This document shows positions 18,219-27,585 of a DNA stretch of 42,322 nt, piece after piece (the first letter of the stretch is position 1; every line of letters begins with the position of its first letter). The position numbers were made by a program, and so were the translations under genes. Under the pieces are notes generated by a model that worked only from the letters and a program-made list of their open reading frames with translations, had not been told where the DNA came from and did not search any database. The DNA lies in IMG/VR virus record IMGVR_UViG_2541047730_000004; one strand, given 5' to 3'. The stretch is from a virus. Its lineage: Duplodnaviria > Heunggongvirae > Uroviricota > Caudoviricetes.

Positions 18219-18682
18219 TATTTTCTCTCCATGTGAAATCTGTGGAAATTAAGACCAAGAGCACCATAAGGCGCGGCTTCTTCAAGCCTGAATCCAAGCC
18301 AGTGCAGCCATGCTTTGGCAACATGGTTTCGCTCGTCGACGTAGTTTTCCAGGCGCGGATAAACTGCCAGCATCTGCTGCAATACAGGTCGGCAGTGGCG
18401 AAGAAATGTCTTCTGATATTTTTCAATACGGCTGGTTCCGACCAGCCAGGGTGTACCATTGCCACCGATCATTGACGCCGGAGATACACCAAACATGGTT
18501 ACCAGTTCTCCGTTCGCGAACCCTGACCAGGCCATAGTCGCAGTGCGAAGACCAACACGCAGCGCATCTTCGGTAGTCATCAGCGATACCGCATACAGTT
18601 CGTCAATATCAGCCTGACGAACATCCGGCAAAATCATCTGAAGATGCTCTTCGGTGGCGGGAATAATTCGAACATCGATCAT
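18218..18682 (-). CDS. Virion-module protein (T7 gp13-equivalent position)
   Basis: 154 aa, translationally coupled between the tail tube B and gp14-like genes. Confidence 0.45.
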   Translation of the reverse strand: MIDVRIIPATEEHLQMILPDVRQADIDELYAVSLMTTEDALRVGLRTATMAWSGFANGELVTMFGVSPASMIGGNGTPWLVGTSRIEKYQKTFLRHCRPVLQQMLAVYPRLENYVDERNHVAKAWLHWLGFRLEEAAPYGALGLNFHRFHMERK

Positions 18683-21153
18683 CAGAATCCCCCAACAGTA
18701 AGACGAGGAATAACGGCAAGAACAGACAGCGGCAACGGGTCAAGCTGACGGATTCTTACACGTCCGTTTTTGCCCCAGTTACTGTCCAGTTTCACTTCTA
18801 CTTTTCCGGTAGCGTCATCAACAGGATCATCGTAGAACTCGAATTCACGCTGTGGATATTCGTACCATTTACCGCCGGGCGTAGTCGCCCAGATGCCACG
18901 ACTGGCATTCACAACCAGAGTAACGGACTGGATCACCTGTTTTTTGTCCAGCAGCGTTTCCTGTCCGTTAATGTTGATATCCAGTGTTTCGAATTCAGCA
19001 GTTATTGGCAGGCCGATGTGCACAACAGCCCCCGGTGATTCCAGCGTGACGGCACCTCCGGAAACCACTTTCTGTGGTTCCACGTTCGCATCAGAGAGAA
19101 TGTTTACGGTCTGGCCTTCAAGATGAGACAGGCCTCCAAATGTCCGGCGCGCCATCTGCCAGTTCGTGGTAGCCACATTCCTGAGGGATGGCGGGACGTT
19201 CCTGTTAGCACGAACCACTACAGCGGTATTGCTGGTTACAGAAATGATGTCGCAACGTAATTCTTTTGACACTTCATCGCCAGTATCAGGATCAGTTCCG
19301 GTATAAGGGAACTGTAGTTGCGCGCCGACATCACTACTGGTGAAGTACGCACCACCAGAAACACTGATTGTATATTCCGCACGGTAATCCCATTCACCAG
19401 AACCACCAGTGATGGTCATCGTTCTGTCAGACGTATTTCTTCCATCATAGCTAAGGCCAGAATCAACAAAGAAAGCATCTTCATCGCTGGTAAATAAACG
19501 GCTGGACAGTCGCTCTATGTATCTCACTGTTTGCCCGTTAACGGTTCGGTTAACGACGAAATACACCGCATCTTCATTGCCTTCGCTGATACTGCATGTG
19601 CTTTCATATTTTCCGGTACTGGATTGTGGTGCCCATGCAAAAACCTGCTGATCACGCAAATAGGTCATCACCAGTAATTTACCGTCATCACGAATGCAGA
19701 AGGCGCTGGAGTAAGGGACAATCGAGAAGCACCAGTCAACAATGCTGTGCTTCTGAAAAAGATGATTGGCAAGGATGGTCAGGTCGTTCCCCTGATAGCC
19801 GTCAACATCGAATGAGTAGGCCAGATCACGGACAACACTGCCTTTCTCCTGGACGAACAGAGCAATATTCGCCACGGCAATTGGTGGGACATTGCTCGAG
19901 CCATTTGATCCCTGAGAGCTGAATGCAAATGATGATGGGGTAAGCACTTTGTTCTGGTCGCCAGTGATGACGTACTCACCTCCGGAAGTCAGCGCCACCA
20001 GCGAACCAACATCAATCAGGTGACGGATCTCATTAACCTGACGCCCGGCATAGGTGTAGATAATTCTGTCGTCATCCTGCGTAGGATTGCTTTTGCCAAA
20101 ATCCTTATAATCCCCGGTACGGCTGGCCCAGATAGTCTGAGGGAACGCAGTCGATGCGGCGAAGTAAAGGCGTTGTTGATAATAAACAACAGTGCCAGGA
20201 TAACCGTTAATACTGTTCCAGGCATATTTAGCCCATTTATAGCTGGCATTATCCTCGCCAACTACCTGCGAAGGGATATAGGAAATCACCTCGGCAGTTG
20301 CAGTAGTTCCATTTGCAGCAGAGATACGGGCAATGCCAAAACCACTGTGCAGATACTCCCACTCAATGCCGGTATCATCATCACCGGATCCGCCCCAGCC
20401 ATCCCATGATGTGCCTTCTGTATGCGAAGGGCGCAAAGTGCCTGTTTTGCCTGCTGTAACGGCGCGATAGTAGTTACTGTCTGCACGGCGAATATCGCCA
20501 ATCGACGTACTCTTACTGGTTTCCCATACCGGCACAGAATCCACTGCAGGCTGTTCCAGATAGAACAATTTGCCTACCTGCTCCGCGCCAAAAATTGAGG
20601 CGCTTGCCGTTAACGTAATTGTCCCGGTGCTGGCGCTGGCATAAACCGTCACTGACTCGTCAATATTGATATCTTCAAATGGCCCGTTCTTCGTTACCAC
20701 ATCAACCAGTTGCCAGTTGTCATGCGCATAGCGGCGCAGCTCTTTCGGCGGGTATGCCGGGTGAACCAGCGTAAGCACGTCGGCGCTTTGCGTGAATTTA
20801 ATTCGGAACAGATCGGCTTCAGTATATGGCGTGGCAATTTCATAAATAACATTGCTGCTGTTCAGCACCAACGCACCATCTTTGATAACGCGCATGTACT
20901 GGTGTCCGAACTCCAGAGCATAGGTCTGAACCGTCGAGAACTGGAACGGGATCAGGCGGCATTTCCGATTTGGGTATTTGGCGGCACCGACAAAACGCGT
21001 ACCAGGTCGATTCTCAACGCCGCCATACTGCCGCACGATAAAGTTATCGCACTTGCGCAATGCCACCTGGTACTTCGCCATGTCGATACGACCGTACAAC
21101 GACGGTCCAATCTCACCACCGGCAAAGCTGGGCTGGATCCAACTGATAGCCAT
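18682..21153 (-). CDS. Tail tubular protein B-like (nozzle)
   Basis: 823 aa immediately after the gp11-like gene; size and position as in T7-like podoviruses. Confidence 0.6.
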   Translation of the reverse strand: MAISWIQPSFAGGEIGPSLYGRIDMAKYQVALRKCDNFIVRQYGGVENRPGTRFVGAAKYPNRKCRLIPFQFSTVQTYALEFGHQYMRVIKDGALVLNSSNVIYEIATPYTEADLFRIKFTQSADVLTLVHPAYPPKELRRYAHDNWQLVDVVTKNGPFEDINIDESVTVYASASTGTITLTASASIFGAEQVGKLFYLEQPAVDSVPVWETSKSTSIGDIRRADSNYYRAVTAGKTGTLRPSHTEGTSWDGWGGSGDDDTGIEWEYLHSGFGIARISAANGTTATAEVISYIPSQVVGEDNASYKWAKYAWNSINGYPGTVVYYQQRLYFAASTAFPQTIWASRTGDYKDFGKSNPTQDDDRIIYTYAGRQVNEIRHLIDVGSLVALTSGGEYVITGDQNKVLTPSSFAFSSQGSNGSSNVPPIAVANIALFVQEKGSVVRDLAYSFDVDGYQGNDLTILANHLFQKHSIVDWCFSIVPYSSAFCIRDDGKLLVMTYLRDQQVFAWAPQSSTGKYESTCSISEGNEDAVYFVVNRTVNGQTVRYIERLSSRLFTSDEDAFFVDSGLSYDGRNTSDRTMTITGGSGEWDYRAEYTISVSGGAYFTSSDVGAQLQFPYTGTDPDTGDEVSKELRCDIISVTSNTAVVVRANRNVPPSLRNVATTNWQMARRTFGGLSHLEGQTVNILSDANVEPQKVVSGGAVTLESPGAVVHIGLPITAEFETLDININGQETLLDKKQVIQSVTLVVNASRGIWATTPGGKWYEYPQREFEFYDDPVDDATGKVEVKLDSNWGKNGRVRIRQLDPLPLSVLAVIPRLTVGGF

Positions 21154-21761
21154 CAGGACAACCTCGCAATGGTAAACTCGTCAACCGGTGGCTGTGGTTC
21201 CTGTGATTCATTCTGGCTATGCGAGCCAGCACTAAGAATCACGCGATTGTACATATTGAGGGCAAACGTACCGAGGTCTGCATTCCCAGTCAGCGCCATG
21301 TTAATAGCTGCCGCAAGACGCCAGGCCAACGCCTCCATAAAAATGGCATCAAACATGTTCACATCTGAAACGCGAGAGACATACTTGAGCCATGCCTGCG
21401 GCTGGTCTGTGTAGATCAACTTTCCTGTTCCGTCGGTGTCTGCACCAACTTCGTACTGAACGCGCATTGCTGCTGTTGGATTGCGAACACCGGGAAGCAT
21501 GATTTCAGTGATGCGCAGGCAATCAGACGGGTACTGATACGCATACGCCCAGTCAGGCGGTGGATTGCTCGTATCTGCAAGCGCCACGCGTTTGGTAGCA
21601 AAGTTCCAGTCAAAATCAGAAAGCACAGCATCACGACAGGCATCGAAATGCAGGGAACACTCCCCCGCCTCTTTGCTGGCCTCAGTCAGGCTATTGATGC
21701 TGCGACTGTTGCCGATATTCGACAGCGCGCGGTTGCAGATCTCGACAACAGAAGCCATCAC
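21153..21761 (-). CDS. Tail tubular protein A-like (gp11-like adaptor)
   Basis: 202 aa; N-terminus (ICNRALSNIGNS...SLTE) resembles the gp11 N-terminus as recalled; gene order. Confidence 0.55.
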   Translation of the reverse strand: MMASVVEICNRALSNIGNSRSINSLTEASKEAGECSLHFDACRDAVLSDFDWNFATKRVALADTSNPPPDWAYAYQYPSDCLRITEIMLPGVRNPTAAMRVQYEVGADTDGTGKLIYTDQPQAWLKYVSRVSDVNMFDAIFMEALAWRLAAAINMALTGNADLGTFALNMYNRVILSAGSHSQNESQEPQPPVDEFTIARLS

Positions 21762-22087
21762 TCACCCCCGTTACCGTAAAGGGTTTCAGCAGCGGATTTA
21801 TCCGGCTCGCCGGTTGCAGGTGCGATCGCCATGTCGGTGATCTGCAGGTCTGCGCTACGGTTAACGCCGTCATCAGTTTCGCGGGCAGACAGTCCGCGAA
21901 TTACCGCCTTAGCAGTAATCATCACTTCGGTTCCTACACCCTGCGGTTGCGCCTTGAGCTTATTCAGCGTGTCATTGTTCAACGTGATGCAAAGCCCCCA
22001 TGGATATTCGTCGCGGTTTTTGGTTTCTCCGCTCTCGTCCTGGTAGCTGTCGGTGCCGGTTTTGAGGTTGACCAGTTCCATATACAC
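21758..22087 (-). CDS. Hypothetical virion-module protein
   Basis: ORF translationally coupled within the structural operon. Confidence 0.45.
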   Translation of the reverse strand: MYMELVNLKTGTDSYQDESGETKNRDEYPWGLCITLNNDTLNKLKAQPQGVGTEVMITAKAVIRGLSARETDDGVNRSADLQITDMAIAPATGEPDKSAAETLYGNGGE

Positions 22088-22131
22088 TCCTGCAATAAAG
22101 GGGCCGAAGCCCCTTGTCTGATACGCGAGGC

Positions 22132-22467
22132 TTACACGCCCAGTTCTTTGCGCTTATCTGCGATTTTCTCGCGAAGCGTTTCGGCTTTGGCGTTATGGTG
22201 CGGCTTCTCGTTAAAGAGCAGTTCATACTCTTCGCGGATCTTATCCAGATCGCCATCTTCGGCTGCATCGTTGATGGGTTTGGCACTGGTTACGGTTTCT
22301 GCTGCTTTACCTGTAACCTTTGCTTTCGCCGCCTTCGCTGCATCGTTGATGGGCTCCAGTGCACTACCTGGCTCGCCGTCGTATTCAATTTCAGAGCCCT
22401 CCGGCCACAGGTTATTGTGGATATGAGAGAGGCGCAGAACGCGGTACTTCGGTTTCTCACCTGACAT
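22132..22467 (-). CDS. Hypothetical virion-module protein
   Basis: ORF in the structural operon; charged, Ala/Lys-rich. Confidence 0.45.
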   Translation of the reverse strand: MSGEKPKYRVLRLSHIHNNLWPEGSEIEYDGEPGSALEPINDAAKAAKAKVTGKAAETVTSAKPINDAAEDGDLDKIREEYELLFNEKPHHNAKAETLREKIADKRKELGV

Positions 22468-22477
22468 CGATATCCCC

Positions 22478-22915
22478 TTAGCCGGTTACTTTGGAGCGGA
22501 TCGGATACGGCGTATTTGCATCAACATCTAGGTTAATGCCGGAAGTGAATTTGCCGGCCGTTAGTGGGCCAGTTGCGACGGAGTAGTTAACACGCAGATA
22601 TCGCTGAACACCGGCAGGCACCTTTGCAGAAACAACTCGTTTACCTGCTGTCAGGGTAGCCTTTGCCAGTGCGCCACTATCATAAATAGTGGACCATGAG
22701 CTGTTATTCTCACTCGTCTGCAACTGGATGTTTACAGTTGCCTCACCACTTGCCGTGGCGGCTTCGTTAACCAGCGCCCAAAACTCAAGCGGGTAACCCA
22801 CGCCGATATCGCGACGATTTCCATCAATTGGACCTAGATCGATTACGTCAGTAGAAGCCGCGGTATCAGTTACCGCCTGTGCTTCGGAGAACATCAACAG
22901 TTTGTCGGTGATCAT
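22478..22915 (-). CDS. Hypothetical structural protein (possible decoration/adaptor)
   Basis: 145 aa directly downstream of the major capsid gene. Confidence 0.45.
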   Translation of the reverse strand: MITDKLLMFSEAQAVTDTAASTDVIDLGPIDGNRRDIGVGYPLEFWALVNEAATASGEATVNIQLQTSENNSSWSTIYDSGALAKATLTAGKRVVSAKVPAGVQRYLRVNYSVATGPLTAGKFTSGINLDVDANTPYPIRSKVTG

Positions 22916-22966
22916 CTTCTTTCTCCATTAGTGGGTCTGTTACGACCCACTGGTTAATAACAGGCG

Positions 22967-23959
22967 TTACACCACACGGGCTTCTGTTTCCAGAAGCGCA
23001 TCAGTTTCACGGATTGGTACACCACGGAATGAAGTCCACCACTCGCCTTCTGTCTCTTTTACGCTGATCGCCAGAGATGTTTTCTCCAGAGATTGCAGAT
23101 CAAGAGCCTGGCCTACAGTGCGGTTCATGTAGAACACCGGGCGACCCATTCCACGGTTTGGAATGCGATGCAGTGCTTTAACCATCAACTTCGCAATATT
23201 TGCGGCAGAGGAAGGTTCTGAAAGATTGCTGACATCGATGTTTGCAATGCGAACAACATAACGCCAGTCACGCAGAGCAAGTCCGTTGTCCCATTTGTAA
23301 TGGGTGCGATAGCCTTCGTACTTGCCGCCATTAGCATCTTCCAGTGTCACCTGGCCTTTATCTTCCATCTGGATGCCAGCCTTCTGCCCTTTCGGGAAGA
23401 TGCCATGCACGGTGTTTTCGCCCCACACCACTAACCAGATTGAGGTGTTATCTGTACCCGTGCCACCAGCATCAATGATGTTCTGAGCATTACCCGCAGA
23501 CAGGCTGGAATAGCGGGAGGACAGTCCCATAAACTGCTGAGGGTTAACGCTGGAATCACCATAAAACAGTGTCTGCGCCATCTGCTGATTCATCGCTTCA
23601 ATAAATGCGCGGTCTTCAGACAGGCGGAATTCGGCGGTATTACCGTTCAGATCAGCCAGTGACTTATCGACTTCAGCATAGGTTTCCAGCATGCCAACGG
23701 AATCGGTGACCTGCACTGTGGTTGATTTGCTTGGCTGTACACCATAGTTCAGCAAACGCCAGGTAGCTGAAGGTAAACCAGAACGAATGGTGGTTCGGTG
23801 TCCGGTAGGAAGGTTCCCTTCGACAAAAGGCATATCCTGAAGGATCGGGTTAGTTTGACCGAGAAGCTCGATAATCTTATCGACTTTCCCGTTTGGATCG
23901 ACGCGCTTACCCCAGTCAGCCAGCGTTAGCGCAGTTAAGCCTTTAACAGCCATTGTCAT
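22967..23959 (-). CDS. Major capsid protein
   Basis: 330 aa directly after a scaffold-like gene and downstream of the portal; composition and size typical of HK97-fold podovirus capsid proteins. Confidence 0.75.
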   Translation of the reverse strand: MTMAVKGLTALTLADWGKRVDPNGKVDKIIELLGQTNPILQDMPFVEGNLPTGHRTTIRSGLPSATWRLLNYGVQPSKSTTVQVTDSVGMLETYAEVDKSLADLNGNTAEFRLSEDRAFIEAMNQQMAQTLFYGDSSVNPQQFMGLSSRYSSLSAGNAQNIIDAGGTGTDNTSIWLVVWGENTVHGIFPKGQKAGIQMEDKGQVTLEDANGGKYEGYRTHYKWDNGLALRDWRYVVRIANIDVSNLSEPSSAANIAKLMVKALHRIPNRGMGRPVFYMNRTVGQALDLQSLEKTSLAISVKETEGEWWTSFRGVPIRETDALLETEARVV

Positions 23960-23967
23960 TTCCTCTC

Positions 23968-24669
23968 TTATTTGCCATAGAGCACTTCGGCCGCACTACG
24001 CTGGCCTTCATTACCACCGGTGACCATGCCATCTTCAGACATCGCCTTTCCGATTTTCACGAACGTTTTGACCAGATCAGGGTGATTACCCAGCCCGGTG
24101 GTGTTCAGATATTCTTTGAGTTCAGGTGTCCCGAACTGGTCAAGCGCACGCTGTGCGGCGCTAAGGTTAGAAATCAACTTGTCGCCACCGATTTCTTTGT
24201 CAGCTTTTACATCCGCAGCCCACTGCTCGGTTGTTTTCTGCCAGGCTTCTACCTGGCGCTGCTGAACACCTGCCAGAATCTTCGGATAAGCATCAACCAG
24301 CTTTTGCGCTTGCTCGTTGGTCAGGTTTAGTTCTCGCGCCACCGGCTCGAATTCCTTCAACGCTTCTGTATCCAGCTCTACGCCTTCGGCAGCCTGAAAC
24401 TCGTACTTCTCAGGCGCACCCTCTGGTTTATCGCCGTCCTTTTTTTCATCCTGCTTATCGTTTTCAGGATTTTTGTCATCAGCAGGTTTATCGCCATCAG
24501 CAACAGGTTGTGACTTATCACCTTCCGGTTGTGATGGATCACCAACTGGAGCATGGTTATCACCTGCAGGCGCTGACGGTTCTGACGCAGCCGGAGCTGC
24601 TCCACCATCGACTGGTTGCTCATTGCAAAGACGGCGATACAGCAAACGCTCAAATAAATTCATGATCAC
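23968..24669 (-). CDS. Scaffolding protein
   Basis: Acidic, Pro/Asp/Lys-rich low-complexity N-terminus followed by helical segments; located between portal and capsid. Confidence 0.65.
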   Translation of the reverse strand: MIMNLFERLLYRRLCNEQPVDGGAAPAASEPSAPAGDNHAPVGDPSQPEGDKSQPVADGDKPADDKNPENDKQDEKKDGDKPEGAPEKYEFQAAEGVELDTEALKEFEPVARELNLTNEQAQKLVDAYPKILAGVQQRQVEAWQKTTEQWAADVKADKEIGGDKLISNLSAAQRALDQFGTPELKEYLNTTGLGNHPDLVKTFVKIGKAMSEDGMVTGGNEGQRSAAEVLYGK

Positions 24670-24962
24670 TCCTGTTCACTGGCCTCTTTGGCCATCTTCA
24701 AATACTGTTCAGGGCAATGCGCCATAACGCGCTGAAACAGTTCCAGCGCCAGATTGCGTTGCCCCTCATTAAATGCCATTGCCATAGCGTCCATCGGTGA
24801 GATAGCGGAAAACACACGGCCTTTCTCCAGCACCGACCAGACAACGCGACGCCCCTGTTCACTGCTCATGACAAAGCGAATGTCATCAATTTCACGCTGC
24901 GCCATGTCACGTTGCTTACGGGCGTTTTCTTCTTTCAGTTGATCGTCTTCGTAATCTGTCAT
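24666..24962 (-). CDS. Hypothetical small protein between portal and scaffold
   Basis: 98-aa ORF, translationally coupled. Confidence 0.45.
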   Translation of the reverse strand: MTDYEDDQLKEENARKQRDMAQREIDDIRFVMSSEQGRRVVWSVLEKGRVFSAISPMDAMAMAFNEGQRNLALELFQRVMAHCPEQYLKMAKEASEQE

Positions 24963-26638
24963 TGTGATTGCCCACCCTGACCACTAACTGCATTCGCCAT
25001 AGCTGACAACACACTCGGATCCGAAGTTTTAGCTTCGCTTAGCGTCTTGGCCCCCTGTGCCGCCGCCATCCCCATCGCCATCATTTGTTGCTGCTGTTGT
25101 TGCTGTGCCCGTTGCTGGCGAGCCTGCTCAACCTGTTCCTGCGGAACAATGACGGTTGGAGACACTCCGGACATATCAGCGAATGCATCGATCGCCTGAT
25201 CAACGTTGAGTTTGTCGAGAGCTTCTGGTTTCGCTTGCGCAAGTTGACCAATGAAGTTAACCGTGGACGCCAGACTGGACAGGCCGATAGACTTCTGCGC
25301 CTGAGCCATGACGGAAATGTATTCGACCTTCAGGGGCATGCCTTCCATCGCGTCAGGCGGTGGCGGCAGCATGTTTTTGCGCACCATCATCGAGAAAGCG
25401 CGGTCAATGAGAGGATTAAGACATTCGTCGTTCAGACGCTCCAGAACCGGCCCCAACATCAGAAGTTTTTCTTCTTTCATTTCGATCACCGCTTCAACAG
25501 GCATCGAGCGGGTATTGATGTTCTGCAACATCATGAACAGATCGACAAAGTAGGCGCTGTTAATGATTTGACGAGTGTCCTGAATGTCTGCCACCAAATC
25601 TGCTGTACTGGGGTTAACCAGATAAGCAGGCCTGAAGCCATCCTGACCAGTAATCTGATCGATATACGTGATGTCGCCAGGAAGAAGGGAGGCGCGCTGA
25701 TTCTTGAGGGAAGTCGGAGCAACCATCGGCGGATTGGTGGCTTTATCAATCAACTGCGACTTGCGCTTCTGGAGAAGCTGCAATGCCTTAACAGGTCCAA
25801 GCGCCAGCATACCCGGGCATGATGATCCATAAACATCTTCGCCGTTAACTTCCCAGCGCGGAGCCATAATTGGAAACTCATCGAATCCGGACTCACGCAA
25901 CAACTTGTCGTTATCTCCACCAACCTCGTAATAAACCGATTTGAATGGCTTGTTCTTGCTATCCAGCTTCGATGTATCGCGGTCAATGTTCGGGTAAACC
26001 GAATGCATCACTTCGATCCACTTCTCGTAGGTGCCGCTTTCCCACATGCTTTTTACGGATTCGCTGACGTTATTTAGCCCGAACTCCTGAACAAGCTGAC
26101 GAACAGTCATAGAGAACTTGCGAAAACAGGTGTCAACACTGCCACGAGGTGAGTTAGCCAGGTAGTAACTGCCTATCGGGAATGGCATTGTGCGAATGAT
26201 GTCCTCGTCATCCTCCAGCACTGCCATTGCACCAGTGCTGTATGTGCCGAGGCTTCCGTATAACTGCGGAAGAGACTGGTAGAGATTCGACTTATTGAAC
26301 ATATCGTTCATGCGGTTCTGAACTGCCTCAAGCCACAACTTAACAGGGCCATAATCCATCATTTCAGGATCTGGCGTAGCCAGGCGAAACCACGGACGCG
26401 CGGGGCTTGTGATGCCTGACATCATGCCGCTGGCGAGAGTGCGCGCCGCCATAGTCCCGGTCGAATCAATAATGCGTGTATTGCGCCGATCGTTACGGTT
26501 GGCCTCAGAAGTCAGAAAGCGGGAACCACGCGGGTTGATGTAATCACTCAACTCGCGCCAGTGCGGCTCGAACGACTGACGCTCGCTTTCAAGTTGTGCG
26601 AACTGTTTGTTCAATCGCTCTTTAGTTGTTTCCGCCAT
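24959..26638 (-). CDS. Portal (head-tail connector) protein, T7 gp8-like
   Basis: 559 aa; N-terminus MAETTKERL... and the Q/A/M-rich C-terminal tail (QQQQQQQMMAMGMAAAQGA) resemble T7-type connectors; first gene of the virion operon. Confidence 0.75.
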   Translation of the reverse strand: MAETTKERLNKQFAQLESERQSFEPHWRELSDYINPRGSRFLTSEANRNDRRNTRIIDSTGTMAARTLASGMMSGITSPARPWFRLATPDPEMMDYGPVKLWLEAVQNRMNDMFNKSNLYQSLPQLYGSLGTYSTGAMAVLEDDEDIIRTMPFPIGSYYLANSPRGSVDTCFRKFSMTVRQLVQEFGLNNVSESVKSMWESGTYEKWIEVMHSVYPNIDRDTSKLDSKNKPFKSVYYEVGGDNDKLLRESGFDEFPIMAPRWEVNGEDVYGSSCPGMLALGPVKALQLLQKRKSQLIDKATNPPMVAPTSLKNQRASLLPGDITYIDQITGQDGFRPAYLVNPSTADLVADIQDTRQIINSAYFVDLFMMLQNINTRSMPVEAVIEMKEEKLLMLGPVLERLNDECLNPLIDRAFSMMVRKNMLPPPPDAMEGMPLKVEYISVMAQAQKSIGLSSLASTVNFIGQLAQAKPEALDKLNVDQAIDAFADMSGVSPTVIVPQEQVEQARQQRAQQQQQQQMMAMGMAAAQGAKTLSEAKTSDPSVLSAMANAVSGQGGQSQ

Positions 26639-26652
26639 TTCAATGACTCCGG

Positions 26653-26859
26653 TTACTGACCAAGCAGCGTTTTACCGCTGGTATTAGCGGTTGATGTGTC
26701 GCCCTGAGAACCGGTAAGCAGCGTAGAACTACGACCAGCAGCAGCGCGACGGCGACGTGTTTCTTCGTCGCGGGCATCAACAACGGCAGCATCCTGCTCC
26801 TGTGGTGCTGCCTGAACTTCTGGTGTTGCAGGCACTGATGGTGAGCTACCCATGCACAT
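26653..26859 (-). CDS. Possible small ORF upstream of portal
   Basis: 68-aa Ala/Pro/Thr-rich ORF ending 15 bp before the portal start; no motif support. Confidence 0.25.
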   Translation of the reverse strand: MCMGSSPSVPATPEVQAAPQEQDAAVVDARDEETRRRRAAAGRSSTLLTGSQGDTSTANTSGKTLLGQ

Positions 26860-26946
26860 ATCAATGACTCCGTACGCAATTAAATTATCACCAATTTAAC
26901 CACATATGATTTATTTATCGTAGATAGTTGACATTTAACGCGCGAA

Positions 26947-26966
26947 TTATTACCTTTCAGGTAACT
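26947..26966. promoter_or_regulatory. Operator palindrome ATTATTACC-TTTCA-GGTAACT upstream of the virion operon
   Basis: TTACC-N5-GGTAA family; a TTGACA hexamer lies at 26928-26933 on the plus strand. Confidence 0.5.
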
Positions 26967-27286
26967 AAAGAGTTCATTCCGGTTACTAACCTGACTGGCT
27001 TGTCGTTAAATTGAACAGGTGGAGTGAGCTTTTATTTTGAGCAGTACGGCGTATGGCACATGCGACGATAGCGGTCTGGATACGTTTAAGGGGCACCCTC
27101 CCTTGCTCGGGCAAACGAACCAGGTAGCCGGAATGTGCAAGTCGAGCGGTTTTATTCCGCGCACGGGGATTCACCATCCCGGCGATTCGGTGTGACGCCT
27201 CGGAAGAGACGAGGGTACAACGATGAGAGCATTTATGGAGCCGCGACAAAGTGTGGTGCCTTAACAGGCTAAGTGCTCTCAGCGTT

Positions 27287-27363
27287 GTGGCATTAGCTCA
27301 GTTGGACAGAGCAACCGCCTTCTAAGCGGTTGGTCGCAGGTTCGAATCCTGCATGCCACGCCA
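27287..27363 (+). tRNA. tRNA-Arg (anticodon UCU, reads AGA)
   Basis: Cloverleaf by hand: acceptor GTGGCAT/ATGCCAC, D-arm GCTC..GAGC, anticodon stem ACCGC/GCGGT with loop CTTCTAA, T-arm GCAGG-TTCGAAT-CCTGC, discriminator G, encoded CCA. Confidence 0.85.
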
Positions 27364-27406
27364 GAATCACGCCTAAGGACCGTGATGCCAGAAGTTCCAG
27401 GGGCTT

Positions 27407-27449
27407 GGCGGTGATGGTTTCCCTTGAAGGACTATCACCGCCCTTTTTA
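27407..27449 (+). terminator. Terminator-like hairpin downstream of the tRNA
   Basis: GGCGGTGAT...ATCACCGCC stem (9 bp, long loop) followed by CTTTTT. Confidence 0.45.
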
Positions 27450-27526
27450 CAGCAGGACGCCATTGCGATGACTTCATGCTGTAAACCAGTACAGCCACGG
27501 AAGGCATAACTCATTGCTTCCAGTTC

Positions 27527-27550
27527 GCCCGGTTCGCCGGGCATTTTTTT
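27527..27550 (+). terminator. Rho-independent terminator
   Basis: GCCCGG-TTCG-CCGGGC followed by ATTTTTTT. Confidence 0.65.
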
Positions 27551-27565
27551 GCTTGATGACCGCAA

Positions 27566-27582
27566 ATTACCTTAAAGGTATA
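27566..27582. promoter_or_regulatory. Operator palindrome ATTACC-TTAAA-GGTATAA overlapping a consensus -10 (TATAAT 27578-27583)
   Basis: TTACC-N5-GGTAT; TATAAT hexamer; candidate -35 TTGATG at 27553-27558. Confidence 0.5.
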
Positions 27583-27585
27583 ATC

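Noticed and set aside
3495-26638. Numerous 60-130-aa ORFs inside or antisense to the large virion genes (e.g. 4469..4687, 5149..5553, 12552..12914, 15418..15699, 19596..19922, 20710..21414, 25085..25822)
   Set aside because: They lie entirely within long, well-supported CDSs on the other strand or frame and have no independent signals.
26970-27286. Possible second tRNA or ORF (26986..27249, minus) in the ~320-bp gap upstream of tRNA-Arg
   Set aside because: I could not fold any part into a cloverleaf (no GTTCRANYC T-loop, no matching acceptor stem) and the ORF has no start context; left as unexplained non-coding DNA, possibly a tRNA remnant or leader.
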